A stretch of DNA of 64,000 bases from an uncultured Erysipelotrichaceae bacterium (GTDB lineage Bacteria; Bacillota_I; Bacilli_A; RF39; UBA660), in NCBI GenBank assembly GCA_902794075.1, contig CADBGE010000001.1, positions 140,603 to 204,602 of the forward strand, read 5' to 3'. The notes under the pieces were generated by a model. That model was not told the DNA's origin. It saw nothing but the letters and a program-made list of their open reading frames with translations, and made no database searches. This document shows positions 62,211 to 64,000 of this stretch, in pieces; position 1 is the first letter of the stretch, and each line of letters starts with the position of its first letter. The translations under genes and the position numbers were made by a program.

Positions 62211-62923
62211 TTCTTGTCTAATTCTTTTTCTACTTCTTTAATTTTTTCTATGGTGTCAGCGGCATCATAGTATTTATATATATCATCTATATTGAATATA
62301 TCAGTATATAATGAATTGTTCTTGAAATATTTTATCTTACCGTTCCAAAAATGTTTAGCAGGATCGTCATATTTCATACATTCAAATGCAAATGATGACT
62401 TGACTGCATATATAGCAGAATCAACCATCTTTACACGATGATGAACACTTGACAATAAATTAGATTTATCTTGCTCTTTATTATTAAGTGCCTCATCAAC
62501 AAACAAATGCGACTTGTTTGATATTCCAGTATATGATGCTATAACGTCATACTTATCATCAATATTACTGATACAGTCTCTCAATAAAGAAACCTTCTTA
62601 AATATTTGATTTATATTTAATAATATTATCCAATCAGGGTGATAATCATGTTCAACGCCATAACGGTATGTTGCACGATACTCAAGATAATCTAATTCTT
62701 TTTCATTTCCACAAGGATAATGAATGTTGTTCTCCTTCTTAAATCCTAATGCTGCTGCATAATCAAGTATATCCTTATTATCAGATATGATATATGTCTG
62801 ATTGAAAAGATCAAGATTCTTAATGAATAGATATGAGAACTTGAGTGATTCTTTATTTATTTGTCTGACATTATCATTGTTACCGCGAACAGTGATAAAG
62901 ATGGGTATTTTTGAGATAATCAT
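62207..62923 (-). CDS. hypothetical protein, possibly cytidylyltransferase-like (CMP-sugar synthetase fold)
   Basis: The pattern IPIFITVRGNN..INKESL / YIISDNKDILDYAAALGF / DWIILLNINQIF loosely follows IIPARGGSK..KN / VSTDD..I...A...G / D.vvlLqpTsP. Key residues are diverged. Confidence 0.3.
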   Translation of the reverse strand: MIISKIPIFITVRGNNDNVRQINKESLKFSYLFIKNLDLFNQTYIISDNKDILDYAAALGFKKENNIHYPCGNEKELDYLEYRATYRYGVEHDYHPDWIILLNINQIFKKVSLLRDCISNIDDKYDVIASYTGISNKSHLFVDEALNNKEQDKSNLLSSVHHRVKMVDSAIYAVKSSFAFECMKYDDPAKHFWNGKIKYFKNNSLYTDIFNIDDIYKYYDAADTIEKIKEVEKELDKK

Positions 62924-62980
62924 AGCGGTATGTTTGTTATGTTTAATTGTAGTAATTAATACATATGATAAATTACTAAT

Positions 62981-62995
62981 AATATATTTAAAAAT
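62981..62995 (-). promoter_or_regulatory. conserved intergenic motif variant, putative promoter
   Basis: aatatatttaaaaat lies directly after terminator 62996..63022. Confidence 0.35.
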
Positions 62996-63022
62996 AAAAA
63001 GAGGGAATCACGCGGTTCCCTC
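62996..63022 (-). terminator. intrinsic terminator
   Basis: Stem gagggaa / ttccctc around a GC-rich loop, followed by tttttatttttaaa on the minus strand. Confidence 0.6.
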
Positions 63023-63050
63023 ATTATATATTATAAATAAAAATTGAAAT

Positions 63051-63293
63051 TTACATAAGCTCTACAAACTGTTCCCAACGGAATGAACGCCATCCATCCT
63101 TATCCAAATCCCAATACTTGACAATATCTTCAGGATCTTCCCAGGTCTGAGTTCCTTTAGGAATTGCTTCATCAGGAATCATATTAAAGTTAAGTGTTCC
63201 ACGAGCTTCTCGTTCAGTTCCGTCCTTCTTTTGGAATTTAAACTTGGTTAATAAATTCCTGCGAAGCGTCTGTGTAAATTCTTTCTGTGTCAT
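63051..63293 (-). CDS. DUF2693 / WYL_2-like SH3 beta-barrel protein
   Basis: FKFQKKDGTEREARGTLNFNMIP....KGT...WDLDKDGWRSFRWEQF matches the pattern of this small phage-associated family as I remember it. Confidence 0.5.
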   Translation of the reverse strand: MTQKEFTQTLRRNLLTKFKFQKKDGTEREARGTLNFNMIPDEAIPKGTQTWEDPEDIVKYWDLDKDGWRSFRWEQFVELM

Positions 63294-63325
63294 TGTATAA
63301 AATATTTAAAAGTTATTTAATGAAG

Positions 63326-63568
63326 TTATCTAATCGAATCATTCTTAAAGCAAGGACAGTTTCCTGAATGAGTAATACCTCCAATTCTGCTCGCATGACT
63401 GATGCCTTCTCTATAAATAAGATATTCATGACCTTCATAATTTATTTTTTCAATTGTACATCTTTTTAAAACTGATGTGATGACAATAGTTTGATCTTTT
63501 GGAGTGCCATTGTCACATGATGTAAAAACTACGCTCAATAAGCAAAGGATTAAAAATATCTTTTTCAT
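63326..63568 (-). CDS. small lipoprotein
   Basis: MKKIFLILCLLSVVFTSCDNG is a signal peptide ending in a lipobox Cys. Confidence 0.7.
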   Translation of the reverse strand: MKKIFLILCLLSVVFTSCDNGTPKDQTIVITSVLKRCTIEKINYEGHEYLIYREGISHASRIGGITHSGNCPCFKNDSIR

Positions 63569-63652
63569 TATAGTAAATTATAATTGTAAATAATTTATAA
63601 CAATATAGTAATGAATTATAAAAAATTCAAATCTTTAACATTCTTTAATACT

Positions 63653-64000
63653 TTATCCGAACAATGACATCTGCTGCGCCTCACTTGGCAACAATTTTGG
63701 AATGTTCATTACTTCAAGAAAACGATTGATAGGTCCAATGACAGTCTTTTCCCATTGAACTATCTTATTCATTGGTGGAGCCCATTCAGGAAGTTGTCCA
63801 CTTGGATAACCAAAAAATCCACTATTTTTTCCAATTTGTATATTATAATACTTAATCTTTCCTGAACGGACAATAAGATCATCATGACCATTCTTATGTG
63901 CTAAATAATTATATCTTGCGATAGCATGTACAGAAGTTGGACATCCCTTTTCAAATTCCAAAACATTCTTATCGTCTTTTACGAACTTCTTATAATTGCC
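63653..64000 (-). CDS. family B DNA polymerase (T4/RB69 gp43-like), C-terminal end; gene continues beyond the right edge
   Basis: The frame is open to position 64000; the track start at 63961 is a TTG. CPTSVHAIARYNYLA...GKIKYYNI...FFGYPSG...WEKTVIGPINRFLE...QQMSLFG parallels RB69 CPFHIRGILTYNRAI...GEKVYVLP...CIAWPSG...LEKTFIKPLEGF...ASLFDMFDF, including the C-terminal clamp-binding-type tail. Confidence 0.7.
   Translation of the reverse strand, partial: GNYKKFVKDDKNVLEFEKGCPTSVHAIARYNYLAHKNGHDDLIVRSGKIKYYNIQIGKNSGFFGYPSGQLPEWAPPMNKIVQWEKTVIGPINRFLEVMNIPKLLPSEAQQMSLFG

Noticed and set aside
1-64000. Alternative genetic code (stop-codon reassignment), as seen in some AT-rich huge phages.
   Set aside because: ORFs of 3.2-5.3 kb and all recognisable domains read through with the standard code. 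Genes end where conserved C-termini end, for example the tail tube ..DYWDYDLA, IF-1 and the polymerase ..SLFG.

Overview
This window is a strongly AT-rich, densely coding stretch of a tailed-phage genome. About 66 protein genes are present, almost all on the minus strand, with four small plus-strand islands. I saw no rRNA, tRNA or CRISPR array, and long ORFs read through with the standard genetic code.

The core genes are T4-like:
- contractile tail sheath (3944..7384)
- gp19-like tail tube (3260..3847)
- gp21-like prohead protease fused to a scaffold (16951..18624)
- gp23-like major capsid protein (14917..16773)
- gp1-like dNMP kinase (39628..40668)
- C-terminus of a gp43-like family B DNA polymerase (63653..64000, partial)

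Accessory genes include:
- translation and metabolism: IF-1, a transaldolase, an NDK-like protein, a ferritin-like protein, a HAD phosphatase and a metallophosphoesterase
- DNA and nucleotide enzymes: ExoIII, a radical SAM enzyme, a C5 DNA methyltransferase followed by two paralogous GT-A-like genes, two Vsr/DUF559-like homing-endonuclease-like genes (one fused to a DNA methyltransferase), and an NMNAT-like/ligase-like fusion
- cell wall and other: M15 and M23 peptidoglycan hydrolases, a MoxR ATPase plus VWA/metallopeptidase pair, and an isochorismatase/nicotinamidase-like protein

The most striking signal is that about 21 otherwise unrelated genes begin with the same leader, MK[ST]Lxx[YF]IxE, often extended to ...SLISLSEKLVINKDY. 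This closely resembles the T4 capsid targeting sequence MKTYQEFIAE, which the gp21 protease removes after an L/I-x-E site. I interpret this as a very large repertoire of proteins packaged into the capsid and injected with the DNA. It would include enzymes, DUF285 LRR proteins and diversified small proteins.

Intergenic regions follow a recurring pattern: a terminator hairpin, a T-run, then the motif ATTTTTAAT(T)ATATAT. This resembles the promoter-stem-loop cassettes of T4-type phages. Several direct and tandem repeats and a two-copy structured element of about 113 nt are also present.

All functional calls rest on motif recognition by eye. No database search was run.
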